Sequence record: OR204652.1
Source of the DNA: Escherichia phage pO111
Reading direction: 5' to 3' (one strand)
DNA: 40,444 nucleotides
Below the pieces are notes generated by a model, which did not search any database, was not told the DNA's origin, and was given only the letters and a program-made list of their open reading frames with translations. Positions 18,753-29,587 of this stretch are shown piece by piece; positions within the stretch are counted from its first letter, which is position 1, and each line of letters starts with the position of its first letter. The translations under genes were made by a program, and so were the position numbers.

Positions 18753-20360
18753 AATGCCCGGCTGTAGACCTACGGAATCAGCGGCAGCAGCCATAGCCTC
18801 AGGTGAAGCTGTAGCCTGCGCAGCCATACCTTGACCAAGCGCAGCAGCACCACTATCCATACCCATTTGCATAGACTGTTGAGCCATCCTCTGTTGCTTC
18901 TGTTCTTCGGTAAGAAGGATACCAGAAGTGTCAATACCGATAGCGTTAGCAATGCGCAACTTAATCATTGCAAGGTTGATGTCAGGGTCGTCACGCATAG
19001 GAGCAAGAGCAGCCCACGCAGCGACACAACGCTCCAGCTTATCAAGGTCTTGTCCTCGACCGATTGCTTCCAGACCTGTACTAATGGTTGGCTCTACTGC
19101 TTCCTTAGGTAACTCAGGAATCTGTTGCGTGGCTTGTAGCTGCTTCAAGAGCACTCGTACCAGAGGCAATTGTAATTCTTGAGAAAGGATGGAGTAGACA
19201 CCACCTAAAGTATCTTCAAGTTCAGAAGCGACATACCGAATCTCTTCGGCTGTCACACGTTCACCTGTGCGCTGAACCGCAGAGTTCAACATAAAGGCAA
19301 ACGAAAGGCGAGCCTCAATAGCGTCACTGACAGCCTTGGCTACAGTAAAGTCTGCTTGCTTCTCCAGTTGGAGGAACGAGATGTCTTCTGGACGACCAGT
19401 AACGAAGTCACCAGTCTGAGCTTTGGTCAGTCGGCGTGGCTGGGTGATACCAGCAGGATTCACTAAGCCGATAACCTTAGAGCTAATCATGGACATCTTG
19501 ACGATAGCCTCTTGGAGATTCTCAAGGGACCGTAAGTCACCTAAGTATTCCTCAATGTACGAACGACCGTAGGATTCACCGTCAAGACGAACCATTCGAA
19601 TCGGGATGTATGGGCAAGCATCTTTAGGATATGCACCATCGGAGCCTTGTATCTCCATACCTTCAACCTCTTCGTAGCGGAGATATTCGTCTGACTCTTC
19701 GTCCAAGTAGATGTGAGTGTACACATCAATGGTCTCATCAGGTTTCTTCTCACCGCCTTGACCTTCTACAGCCTTACGGATGTCCTCAGGGAGAGCACCA
19801 AAAGCTATCTGGTCACGAGTCACCATTTGCAGAACGTTGCCGAATGCGTCTCGTTGGACCACATAAGAAGACAATCGGTACAGCTTCATGGGATTGTAGT
19901 TTGACCCTTCTGGTTCCGGTAGGTACAGTAGGACGTTACCCGCTACGACTAACTGCTTGAGAGCCTCAAAGAGAGTTACTCGGTAGCTGTTAGACTCAAT
20001 GTAGTTCATGATAATGCGCTCTACCATTGAGAGGCCCTCATCAACCTTAGCGAGTCCATCGGGGTCGCTCAGTAGTTGTTTTGCCTCGAACTCAGAGATG
20101 GTTAAGCGCATCCAAGTCTGCATGGGGAATAACGCCAGCATTAGTTTAGACGCTAGGTTATTCAGGCCACGGGCACCAACGGCTTGCCACGGAGTTGTGT
20201 AGTCTGTAGATGCGTTGTCGGAGTCCTTAGGGAATAAGGAGGGGATGGTATATTGAGCGCAATTCTGAGCGCGTGTCTCATAAGGAGCACGGTCGTTCTT
20301 TAAACGCTCATAGACGGACTTTGCGCCCTCCTCCGCAAGTCCTGTTCGTTTCTCAGCCAT
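18750..20360 (-). CDS. 8: Portal (head-to-tail connector) protein
   Basis: ORF track trimmed to MAEKRTGLAEEG (536 aa as in T7 gp8); its ATG overlaps the upstream HNH stop as TAATG. Confidence 0.93.
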   Translation of the reverse strand: MAEKRTGLAEEGAKSVYERLKNDRAPYETRAQNCAQYTIPSLFPKDSDNASTDYTTPWQAVGARGLNNLASKLMLALFPMQTWMRLTISEFEAKQLLSDPDGLAKVDEGLSMVERIIMNYIESNSYRVTLFEALKQLVVAGNVLLYLPEPEGSNYNPMKLYRLSSYVVQRDAFGNVLQMVTRDQIAFGALPEDIRKAVEGQGGEKKPDETIDVYTHIYLDEESDEYLRYEEVEGMEIQGSDGAYPKDACPYIPIRMVRLDGESYGRSYIEEYLGDLRSLENLQEAIVKMSMISSKVIGLVNPAGITQPRRLTKAQTGDFVTGRPEDISFLQLEKQADFTVAKAVSDAIEARLSFAFMLNSAVQRTGERVTAEEIRYVASELEDTLGGVYSILSQELQLPLVRVLLKQLQATQQIPELPKEAVEPTISTGLEAIGRGQDLDKLERCVAAWAALAPMRDDPDINLAMIKLRIANAIGIDTSGILLTEEQKQQRMAQQSMQMGMDSGAAALGQGMAAQATASPEAMAAAADSVGLQPGI

Positions 20361-20761
20361 TAAATATGTCTCCATGTCTTACCACATCGAGCGTCACTAA
20401 TGGTTCTCCTATGGATGCCATACATTTCTGACAACTCAGTGTTGGTTAAATTTGATGCACGAATCTCACGCACAATGGCCTCAGTGAGCTTGGCACCGTA
20501 ATGCTCTTCACCTCTGGATGCGTTCGCTCTACCTTTAGTTACACAGTCCATACGGTTATCACGCTGAGTGCCAGCTACAAGATGTTCAGGGTTGATACAC
20601 AGAGGATTGTCACAGGTATGCATTATGACCATACCAGTCGGTATCTCACCCTTTGATTTGATGTATGCTACCCTGTGAGCCAGCTGTGTCTTACCTTTGT
20701 AACCAACGAGACCGTACCCTCCTTTAGTCGTACAACCAGTATGAAGGATACAATCTGTCAT
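20360..20761 (-). CDS. HNH endonuclease with C-terminal helix-turn-helix (gene 7.7 position)
   Basis: 133 aa; HTCDNPLCINPEHL motif; same architecture as the ORFs at 729..1172 and 30008..30436. Confidence 0.8.
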   Translation of the reverse strand: MTDCILHTGCTTKGGYGLVGYKGKTQLAHRVAYIKSKGEIPTGMVIMHTCDNPLCINPEHLVAGTQRDNRMDCVTKGRANASRGEEHYGAKLTEAIVREIRASNLTNTELSEMYGIHRRTISDARCGKTWRHI

Positions 20762-21063
20762 ATATTTATACCCCCACCGGAGCTACGAGCTACACTTAAT
20801 GACTTCTTACCACCAGCACGGGCCTTCTTACGTCCGCTTTCGGTCTGTGCTTCGTCCTCAGTGGAAACCTCTTTCTCAGGAACGTCAACAATCTGTGCAG
20901 CAGGAGTAGCAGCGGCAGCTTGTGGAACTTCCACTACCTGTGCCTCACCAGCACCACCAGCCAGACCGCTGGCAACCTGTTTAACCGGACGGGTCACTTC
21001 CTTAGCAACTTTCTTAACGGCTTTCTTAACGGACTTTGTTACTTTCTTAACTACCTTACCCAT
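20758..21063 (-). CDS. 7.3: Tail/host-range protein gp7.3
   Basis: 101 aa, lysine-rich N-terminus MGKVVKKVTKSVKK, matches recalled T7 gp7.3. Confidence 0.9.
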   Translation of the reverse strand: MGKVVKKVTKSVKKAVKKVAKEVTRPVKQVASGLAGGAGEAQVVEVPQAAAATPAAQIVDVPEKEVSTEDEAQTESGRKKARAGGKKSLSVARSSGGGINI

Positions 21064-21066
21064 AAC

Positions 21067-21468
21067 TTATACCTCCTTAAAGTATACACGCATCGTCTCG
21101 CCTTCATGCTTACAACGAGACACCCAATCGCAATCATGGAGTTCTGCAAGGCACTTAAAGCGTTTCGCAAGGAATCGCTGTAAGCCCTTAGAGTCTGCCT
21201 CAGGATTAATGACAACTGACGTTACGTCCAGAATGTCTCCTTTGTGATGAATGTCACAGCTTACGCACCACGCGAAGTACGCTACATGTTTTCCGGTAGA
21301 GTCCAGAACGTACTCTTCACGACAACCAGACATGTCCATTACTTCGTCTACGTAGAGGCTGTAGTCCACAAAGTGTCCTTCGAATCCCTTAGGCAACCCA
21401 AGGTGTTCCACAGTCCACCGGATTGCACGGAAGCGACTCTTGGCCTCCACACATGTGAACTCAGACAT
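21067..21468 (-). CDS. 7: Host-range protein gp7
   Basis: 133 aa from the ATG at 21468 (MSEFTCVEAKSRF...); the first codon of the track ORF is GTG. Confidence 0.88.
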   Translation of the reverse strand: MSEFTCVEAKSRFRAIRWTVEHLGLPKGFEGHFVDYSLYVDEVMDMSGCREEYVLDSTGKHVAYFAWCVSCDIHHKGDILDVTSVVINPEADSKGLQRFLAKRFKCLAELHDCDWVSRCKHEGETMRVYFKEV

Positions 21469-21734
21469 CACTTCTTGCCTCCGAATGCGGACTTACGGAT
21501 TGAAGATTTCATACGAGCGGAGCCATTATCGCTGGCCTTATACTTCGCTACGGAATCATCACGTTCGACCTTGAGGCCCTTGCGTCCAGACACTTCGGTG
21601 CCTTCGGTATCCGTCTCATCAGAAGACCCACCGAACTCCACGCTTGACACTTCTTGGGTCAGAGGCGCTGGCTCAATGGCTCGAATCTGATTGGTATCCA
21701 TCTTTGGAGTTTTAATTTTCGGTGAGAAACACAT
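21468..21734 (-). CDS. 6.7: Virion protein gp6.7
   Basis: 88 aa from the internal ATG (MCFSPKIKTPKMDTNQIR...) with GGGGAGGA Shine-Dalgarno. Confidence 0.8.
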   Translation of the reverse strand: MCFSPKIKTPKMDTNQIRAIEPAPLTQEVSSVEFGGSSDETDTEGTEVSGRKGLKVERDDSVAKYKASDNGSARMKSSIRKSAFGGKK

Positions 21735-21738
21735 AGTG

Positions 21739-21993
21739 TCAATCCTCCCCATCGTCTCTTAGTTGTTCCTTGCGCAACTCAATCTCGTCAATGACGTTAG
21801 AGGCATACTGTAGTCCCTGAATGAAACCCAAGATGTGGGCCTCACTACAGCCATTAGCACGCATAAGTCCTATATGACCAGACGCTTCGAGGTACGCATA
21901 GTTGAATCGAACCTGTAGATACTCAGCAGTCGCACGAGGCACGTCTGGAATATCGTTAGGGTTCTTAAGTAATTGGTTAATAGGTGTTAACAT
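21739..21993 (-). CDS. 6.5: gp6.5 protein
   Basis: 84 aa, [30 protein letters not shown] matches recalled T7 gp6.5. Confidence 0.9.
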
Positions 21994-22047
21994 GATAAAG
22001 ATTCCTCTTAGAGTTAAATCTTAAAGTAATAATCATAAAGGCCCCTA

Positions 22048-22070
22048 TCTCCCTATAGTGAGTCGTATTA
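22048..22070 (-). promoter_or_regulatory. T7-type phage RNAP promoter phi6.5
   Basis: Reverse complement TAATACGACTCACTATAGGGAGA. Confidence 0.9.
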
Positions 22071-22090
22071 ATTTAGGGACCTTGAGTTTA

Positions 22091-22204
22091 TCACTTAGTG
22101 TCGTGTAACGACTTGATTATTCGGGCTAAGTCCCAAAGGCCCCACGAAATGAGGCCCATTCCGAGAACACAAAGACCAATGCCAATATACGCTACGGTCT
22201 CCAC
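22091..22204 (-). CDS. 6.3: gp6.3-like small hydrophobic protein (37 aa, GTG start)
   Basis: Manual translation (V/M)ETVAYIGIGLCVLGMGLISWGLWDLARIIKSLHDTK; GGAG 8 nt upstream; overlaps the gene 6 stop; 37 aa as in T7 gp6.3. Confidence 0.5.
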   Translation of the reverse strand: METVAYIGIGLCVLGMGLISWGLWDLARIIKSLHDTK

Positions 22205-23094
22205 AGGTAAATCTCCTTGTCAATAAAGTTATACTCATTGAACCGTAGGATGCGAGCCATCTGGCCCTGCTTGATAACATCCTCTTCGGTCATACCAGCC
22301 TTCGCTCCGATAGACTTAATGCAGTCCCAAAGCGTCTCATGAGGCTCAGGGTCGCGTTTAACCCACTTAGTTACCTCTTGGCCTTTGTTCTTCCCAGACT
22401 TAAGCACAGACGTTTTAGGCTCGGTAATGAACGGGTTATTCAAGAAGTCCTCGGCAGTATCACCCCACCCAGCAATCCCCGAGTAACCATCAGTGATATC
22501 TCCCTTGATTGTCTGGAAGAGGTGCCACCAGTCCGCTGATTCTTCTGTCTGTGTCAGGATGTTACCAGTGGTACACCACAGGAAGTCACAGTTAGGGATG
22601 GTCTTAAAGTCCTTATCGCATGAGATAATTACAGCTTTACGGGCACCGAAGGCAGACGGATTGGAAGCAATCACTCCCATAACGTCATCACCCTCAAGCA
22701 TCGGCTCACGAATGCAGTAGAACTCTTCGCGCTCAAAGAGAGCCTCAAGGAACTCAAAGTAACCTACAGGTTTCTTCGTGGCCTTACGGTTAGCTTTATA
22801 GTTCGGGTCTACCAGTTCTTTACGCCAGTTGACACTATCTGTGAACGCAAGGACAATCGGAGCACCTACCCAAGCCTTCTTACGGGTCTCATAGGACTTA
22901 ATGGAATCCTCAAGAATCTTACGGGCCTTAGCGTGGTCACAGCAGCGGTGCCAAATCTCTTCCTCCCAAGAGGCATCAAACTCGGCAGCACTCATAGCTT
23001 GGAAGACCAGCCAGTCACCATCCATCACAAGTATACCCTTGTCGTTACAACCTTCACGTAACTCGTAGAATTGTTTAAGGTCAAGCAGCGCCAT
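22192..23094 (-). CDS. 6: 5'-3' exonuclease
   Basis: 300 aa, same length and position as T7 gp6. Confidence 0.93.
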   Translation of the reverse strand: MALLDLKQFYELREGCNDKGILVMDGDWLVFQAMSAAEFDASWEEEIWHRCCDHAKARKILEDSIKSYETRKKAWVGAPIVLAFTDSVNWRKELVDPNYKANRKATKKPVGYFEFLEALFEREEFYCIREPMLEGDDVMGVIASNPSAFGARKAVIISCDKDFKTIPNCDFLWCTTGNILTQTEESADWWHLFQTIKGDITDGYSGIAGWGDTAEDFLNNPFITEPKTSVLKSGKNKGQEVTKWVKRDPEPHETLWDCIKSIGAKAGMTEEDVIKQGQMARILRFNEYNFIDKEIYLWRP

Positions 23095-23239
23095 TAAGTT
23101 TCTCCTCTAGCTCAGCCACGTATTCGTCAGCTTCCATAAGTTGGTTCTTAAGGCTATCGTTCTCACGTTCCAGAGAATCAATATAACCCTGCATATCGTT
23201 CCACGCATCACGAGGAATCGTTACAGTGTCACGTCCCAT
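23081..23239 (-). CDS. 5.9: gp5.9 (RecBCD inhibitor-like)
   Basis: 52 aa from the internal ATG; MGRDTVTIPRDAWNDMQGYIDSLERENDSLKNQLMEADEYVAELEEKLNGAA matches recalled T7 gp5.9. Confidence 0.85.
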   Translation of the reverse strand: MGRDTVTIPRDAWNDMQGYIDSLERENDSLKNQLMEADEYVAELEEKLNGAA

Positions 23240-23448
23240 CAGACACACCCTCCCATTCGTTTCAGAAAGCGAGTACCGGAAGCAGTGATTTCCCAAGCAC
23301 CACCGTTTCGTCCGCTTGTGGTCAGACACGAGATGTGACCACGGGATGCGGCCTCAGCTACGAGGCTCGCGTTGTTACGTACATAGTTGGACTGGAAAGT
23401 CTTAGGGCAACTCTTGATTGCTTGCAGCACTTTCAGGTAGTCGGACAT
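23239..23448 (-). CDS. 5.7: gp5.7
   Basis: 69 aa, MSDYLKVLQAIKSCPKTFQSNYVRNNASLVAEAASRG matches recalled T7 gp5.7. Confidence 0.9.
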   Translation of the reverse strand: MSDYLKVLQAIKSCPKTFQSNYVRNNASLVAEAASRGHISCLTTSGRNGGAWEITASGTRFLKRMGGCV

Positions 23449-23750
23449 TAGAACACCTCCCGTACAGTTGCTGGGGAGAATCGCATCAATTTACGTTCAG
23501 ACTCACTCAGGTCCTTGTAGTTATCCTTAACGAAGGAACGAAGTCCTTGCTTAATCAGGAACGTAGCGAGGCCATCGGGACCATGCGTCAACGCTTGGAC
23601 CAGTAACTCTTTCTTAAAGTCGTCAACTTGTTCACCAGCGGCTACTGCCTTGGCAACTCGCATAACGCAGTCTCGCAGGTTTTGTTCACCTTCACTAGTT
23701 ACCACAGCGGTAACGTCGAAGGACACTTTAAATTTCTTGGTCATAGCCAT
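23448..23750 (-). CDS. 5.5: gp5.5 (H-NS binding protein family)
   Basis: 100 aa, matches recalled T7 gp5.5. Confidence 0.9.
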   Translation of the reverse strand: MAMTKKFKVSFDVTAVVTSEGEQNLRDCVMRVAKAVAAGEQVDDFKKELLVQALTHGPDGLATFLIKQGLRSFVKDNYKDLSESERKLMRFSPATVREVF

Positions 23751-23769
23751 AATGATTTCTCCTATAGAA

Positions 23770-23925
23770 TTAGTGACATACGGCCCAATTAGGACCCATC
23801 TTACCTTCGGTATCCAGAAGACACCGGAAGTTCCAGTGGTCTCCTACCCAGCGCATCGCTTCCTGTGCAGTCTCAATGACCACCTGAGCAATCTCTTCGG
23901 TACGGCAACCTACTTGAATCTCATC
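23770..23925 (-). CDS. 5: DNA polymerase gene 5, exon 2 (C-terminal 51 codons)
   Basis: Manual translation DEIQVGCRTEEIAQVVIETAQEAMRWVGDHWNFRCLLDTEGKMGPNWAVCH*, which continues the T7 gp5 sequence right after ...AYMAWVH. Confidence 0.85.
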   Translation of the reverse strand, partial: DEIQVGCRTEEIAQVVIETAQEAMRWVGDHWNFRCLLDTEGKMGPNWAVCH

Positions 23926-24526
23926 CTTTCTGTATTCTCCTATTACTAGGAGTGTCGGACTATATCATCAGCCTTTGAGTTGACTGTCTGGCGCTTCGGG
24001 TAACGAGGGAATCTCACCCTCGGCCCTACTCCTTTCGGATAGTCTCTACGCCTTCCACTCTCTAATCCACTTACAAGCGGCAGAGAACGTTACACCAAAC
24101 TTCTCACCTAAGTGTGCTCCTGTACATCCAGTCTCCAACCAGTATTCCTTCGCGGACTCTTTACGGTCAGCGTAGCGTTCCCTGTTTGTCTTGACTGTAT
24201 GCTCAGAACCTTCTAGTAACTGGAGGTGCTCTACGTTACAGCACGCCCTGTTCCTACACTTGTGGTCTACTTCATACCCTTCTGGTATATCTCCGTAGTG
24301 TTCCTTCCAGACTGTCCTGTGATACATCTCTAGGACACCGTTCGTCTTCTTTCGGAAATAACCATCAGTATTAAGTTTGTGTGACGTAGGGATGATACAA
24401 CCACTCGCTGTGGTCGCAAGGATTAACTTCTTGCCTCTCATATATCCTCCCTATGGCTTGGCTCGGTATTGCCCTAGAAGGGTTTCACCGAGTTCACCAG
24501 ATTTAATGTGCACAATGAGATAGTTT
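23926..24526 (-). mobile_element. Group I self-splicing intron in DNA polymerase gene 5, carrying an HNH homing-endonuclease ORF
   Basis: 601 nt between the gp5 exons; exon 1 ends in U; GUGCAC near the intron 5' end can pair with exon end GUGCAU (U-G wobble); R-like AGAGACUA and S-like GAUAUAGUCC elements; CUCCUA-GUAA-UAGGAG hairpin; intron ends in G. Confidence 0.8.
24046..24441 (-). CDS. Intron-encoded HNH homing endonuclease
   Basis: 131 aa ORF inside the intron; YEVDHKCRNRACCNVEHL HNH-type motif; ATG with GGGAGGA Shine-Dalgarno; stop codon overlaps the R-like element. Confidence 0.82.
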   Translation of the reverse strand: MRGKKLILATTASGCIIPTSHKLNTDGYFRKKTNGVLEMYHRTVWKEHYGDIPEGYEVDHKCRNRACCNVEHLQLLEGSEHTVKTNRERYADRKESAKEYWLETGCTGAHLGEKFGVTFSAACKWIREWKA

Positions 24527-26485
24527 ATGCACCCATGCCATGTACGCAAAGTCCCCATCCCAGCCATGCTTCAAGCCTTTCTCTACGAGCATCTCTTCGG
24601 TCTTGATAATCCACAGTTTGCAGATGAGAGCACCAGCAGATTGTAATAGGGTATTCAAGGCAGCGTGAGGACTACGGACGTGTACCTTACGACCATCCAG
24701 ACCTTTAATCCAGCGGCGTTTCCACTTGACTCGCTGTTCGCCAGCTACCCACTGAGAGGACTCAACAAGTGTCTGTTGGATAGACTCACGGAGTGCTGCA
24801 ATCGCTGGGGTGTTCTCAAGGAATTTCTTCTTGAGTTCCTTACCGCGCTCTTTACCAGCACCAACAATCTGTCCAATCTTCTCATCACCAGCACCATAGA
24901 GGAACCCATAGATAAACGTCTTAGCGTTATCACGGGTAGGCAATTCGGCAGCTATCTGGTTCTTAGTGTGGATGTCGCCATTGAGAATCTCGTGAGCGTA
25001 CTCACCGTTGTCAAAGCGAGCCATGAAGTGGGCCAAGCATCGCAACTCCAGACCGGAGGCGTCTATACCAGCCTGAACCCAAGGCTTACCTGTAAGTCCA
25101 TCTAGGTGATGTTCAGCGCCAAAAGCAGCGCGGCACTGCTCACCATAAGGAGAACGGACACCGGGTATCTGTGCGAGGTTAGGGAAAGCGTGAGTAGCGC
25201 GCCCAGTAACAGCGCCGTTGGGATTAACAGAACCATGAATTTTACCATCCTCAGCAACGTAACGAAGCCACGCCTTGTCTCCCTCAGCTGACTGTCCGAT
25301 TCTCTTCTGAATCATCAAGTATTCTTTAATGAGGTCGATTGCAGCTTGCTTCTCAGGGTCATCTACACGTACTCCTTCGAGTACCTCATCGTCCACCACA
25401 GGCGCACCCTTATCGGTGTACTTCGTGGGGACCCACCCAGCCTCTTGAAGTTTCTTCTGAATGTGGTCACGGGACGAAGGGTTAAACACTACGTGCTCTA
25501 CCGGAGTATATGGGGCACCAGCAACGTACTCGCGGGTATCCAGTTCGCAAGGCTCACGGCCTTCTCGTTGTGCCTTGTTCTTAGGCTTCTTAAAGATACC
25601 ACCAACTTTAGGTGTCTTAATGCGAGGGTATTTAGGCAGTGGTTTACCTGTCCGAGGATGGCAGAACATCTCAGTGCCACCTTTAGGCTGATACCACGAG
25701 CCGAACGTTTCGGTCAGCTTACGCAGCAACTCTGAGCGGCGAGCAGCCAACTCTACGTACAACTCCTCGATTGCTTTCGTGTCAAACGGGAATCCATTAC
25801 GCTCTTGCTTAGCGAGTAGCCATGCAGCGCGATGTTCAACATCAACGGCCTCAAGGGATTCTGACCAGAACGTAGTGTAGCCTACGTCCGTAAAGTCAAT
25901 CTCAGGAGGGAAGTAATGTTTATCAGAGAGTAGCTTCTCAAGGAGAGCCTTAGTGACCACAACGTCCTGAACGTTATAGGCCATCATCTCTTCGTTGAAG
26001 TTCCACCACTCCATTCCGTCAACGTATTCTTCACCTTGCTCTTCAAGCATACGCTTAAAGTCATCCTTGTATTCACCCTTCATCTCACCTAAGCGATAGC
26101 CCCACGCCTCCAAAGCGTGAGACCCAAAGCGTTTACCGGGCAACTTACCGGAACGCAGAAGACCCATATCGGTGTCTTTAAGGTTAGAGTGAATCAATCG
26201 TGACAGCACAAGGGTGTCGATACAGTTCTCACGGGGAAGGTGGAACTCACGGTTCAATTGTAGCTTTGCCAGTTTGGTCAATGCGGGAACGTCATACTTG
26301 TGACCGTTGTGGAACACGATAAGACCGCCTCGTGCAACCTCGGCTTCCAGCGCATCCAGATACGCACCGAAGTCACTCGGACGGTAGCTTACGTACTCAG
26401 CGGTGGAGTAGTCATAGATAACCCCGCAGTGGAACTTAGTGACGCTCTCTAAGAGGGCGTTAGCTTCGATGTCAGAAACGATCAT
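24527..26485 (-). CDS. 5: DNA polymerase gene 5, exon 1 (653 codons)
   Basis: Near-identical to recalled T7 gp5 residues 1-653; the unspliced ORF runs 7 extra codons (KLSHCAH*) into the intron. Confidence 0.9.
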
Positions 26486-26514
26486 ATTGATTTCTCCTAT
26501 TGATTACTTACCTG

Positions 26515-26739
26515 TCAGAGCACGAACGATTCGATATGCGCTATGCGGGTCATTGAGTCCTTACAGGAGGTCTCAAAGTCCATCTTAGGTTTCTTCCAGC
26601 CAGTCTGTCTTGTCCAAGTCCAACCTAAGCTCTTCAAGATGTGAACAGCGGAGCGAGTCTTAGCTTCATGGTACTTAACGTCCTCAAGTTCAGCTTCCAG
26701 TTTAGCGATTTCTGCTTGGATAACTTTAGGGTCACGCAT
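26515..26739 (-). CDS. 4.7: gp4.7-like protein (74 aa)
   Basis: ATG 12 nt downstream of the phi4.7 transcription start; track ORF trimmed to MRDPKVIQAEIAKLEAE...; shorter than the 135 aa recalled for T7 gp4.7. Confidence 0.6.
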   Translation of the reverse strand: MRDPKVIQAEIAKLEAELEDVKYHEAKTRSAVHILKSLGWTWTRQTGWKKPKMDFETSCKDSMTRIAHIESFVL

Positions 26740-26745
26740 GGTAAT

Positions 26746-26768
26746 ATCTCCTATAGTGAGTCGAATAG
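26746..26768 (-). promoter_or_regulatory. T7-type phage RNAP promoter phi4.7 (variant)
   Basis: Reverse complement CTATTCGACTCACTATAGGAGAT; core -11..+2 conserved. Confidence 0.75.
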
Positions 26769-26775
26769 TATTCAT

Positions 26776-26803
26776 GAAGGCCACCACTTGGGCGACCTTG
26801 AGT
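26776..26803 (-). promoter_or_regulatory. Putative RNase III processing hairpin (R4.7-like)
   Basis: Motif gaaggccacc...gggcgaccttgag shared with the hairpins at 33971, 34543 and 38731. Confidence 0.5.
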
Positions 26804-26812
26804 ATACAACTC

Positions 26813-27082
26813 TTAGCTATCAATCTTGTCAAGGATAGCCATAGCTTCATTGACGCGACCAGCTTCATGAATTGCAGTCACGGCAGCTTTGGTAAGCGCA
26901 TTGACCAGACGCAGTGCTTGCTCATCCGTCAACGTCATACGCTGAGTGTGATTCTTAGAGGACTTAGAGTCCTTCCAGCGGTAAACCATAGTCGCCTTAC
27001 CGTTGCGAACGTTGATATGAACTCGACGGTTCCACTGGTCAGCGGTATCGGATAGACGGATGGTTTCAGCTACGTTAGACAT
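26813..27082 (-). CDS. 4.5: gp4.5
   Basis: 89 aa from the internal ATG (MSNVAETIRL...), same length as T7 gp4.5. Confidence 0.8.
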   Translation of the reverse strand: MSNVAETIRLSDTADQWNRRVHINVRNGKATMVYRWKDSKSSKNHTQRMTLTDEQALRLVNALTKAAVTAIHEAGRVNEAMAILDKIDS

Positions 27083-27101
27083 AATGGTTTCTCCTGTTTG
27101 A

Positions 27102-27314
27102 TTACTCAAAGAATTTGGAAAGCTGTTGAGCTTGGCTTGCTACACGGGCAGCTTCGGTAACTTTAGTGGATGCGCTATCAGCCAGTTCGTTGGAGCGAAT
27201 CGCCAGAGCGCGTGACTGAGTGGCCTCTTTACGAGCCTCATCGTTCAGACGTTTAGCTTCCACGTTGTACATACGAACCAACAGTTGGCCTAATTTCTTA
27301 ATCAGTTTGAACAT
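27102..27314 (-). CDS. 4.3: gp4.3
   Basis: 70 aa, same length and position as T7 gp4.3. Confidence 0.85.
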   Translation of the reverse strand: MFKLIKKLGQLLVRMYNVEAKRLNDEARKEATQSRALAIRSNELADSASTKVTEAARVASQAQQLSKFFE

Positions 27315-27325
27315 GGGTGTCTCCT

Positions 27326-29075
<1,750 letters not shown>

Positions 29076-29107
29076 TCAATGATGCGAACAAAGGGAAACC
29101 GTTGTGG

Positions 29108-29130
29108 TCTCCCTATAGTGAGTTCAATTA
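29108..29130 (-). promoter_or_regulatory. T7-type phage RNAP promoter (phi3.8 position) with a phi10-like leader
   Basis: Reverse complement TAATTGAACTCACTATAGGGAGACCACAACGGTTTCCC; gene 4 follows directly, with no gene 3.8. Confidence 0.8.
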
Positions 29131-29131
29131 A

Positions 29132-29587
29132 TTAGCCACGGTCTGACGCGACAAGTTCGTTCTTCTCCCACCAACGCTTAAGGTCGAACGAAGGGCAAGC
29201 CTTCGGAGCCACATCGTGATGGGCTTTCAGTACAGCGCCTTCGTACTTAGCCAGTAGTGTGACAAGCAGTGAGCGAAGGGATTGCATCTGGGCTGGCGTA
29301 AAGTTAGCGTCGAACTTGCCTTTATCGTCAATGCCACCAACAAGGCAGACACCGATGGAGTTATGGTTGTGACCCTTAGCGTGAGAACCTACAGCCATCT
29401 CATCTCGGCCTTCCTCTACAGTGCCATCGCGCTTGATGATAAAATGATACCCGACATCAAGCCAACCTTGCTCTTTATGCCACTGACGAATCTCACGGAC
29501 ACCTACATTCTGATTTGGCTTGGTAGCCGAGCAGTGAACAAAGATTGCGTCAGTAGATTCGCGTTGTTTAAACTGTACACGAGCCAT
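29132..29587 (-). CDS. 3.5: Lysozyme (N-acetylmuramoyl-L-alanine amidase, RNAP inhibitor)
   Basis: 151 aa, MARVQFKQRESTDAIFVHCSATKPNQNVG matches recalled T7 gp3.5. Confidence 0.95.
   Translation of the reverse strand: MARVQFKQRESTDAIFVHCSATKPNQNVGVREIRQWHKEQGWLDVGYHFIIKRDGTVEEGRDEMAVGSHAKGHNHNSIGVCLVGGIDDKGKFDANFTPAQMQSLRSLLVTLLAKYEGAVLKAHHDVAPKACPSFDLKRWWEKNELVASDRG

Noticed and set aside
22095-22280. 61-aa minus-strand ORF overlapping the end of gene 6
   Set aside because: A 37-aa hydrophobic ORF in a different frame (22091..22204, GTG start with GGAG) matches the size and position of T7 gp6.3, so that is preferred.
23755-23785. Promoter look-alike tctcctatagaattagtgac upstream of gp5.5
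   Set aside because: Only the CTATAGGAGA part matches; the essential GACTCACTA core is absent. The GGAGA is the gp5.5 Shine-Dalgarno.
24046-24441. Reading the HNH ORF after gene 5 as a free-standing gene 5.3 and gene 5 as a truncated 660-aa polymerase
   Set aside because: The polymerase C-terminal 51 codons lie downstream of the HNH ORF in a splice-compatible register with group I intron elements, so an intron explains the data better.
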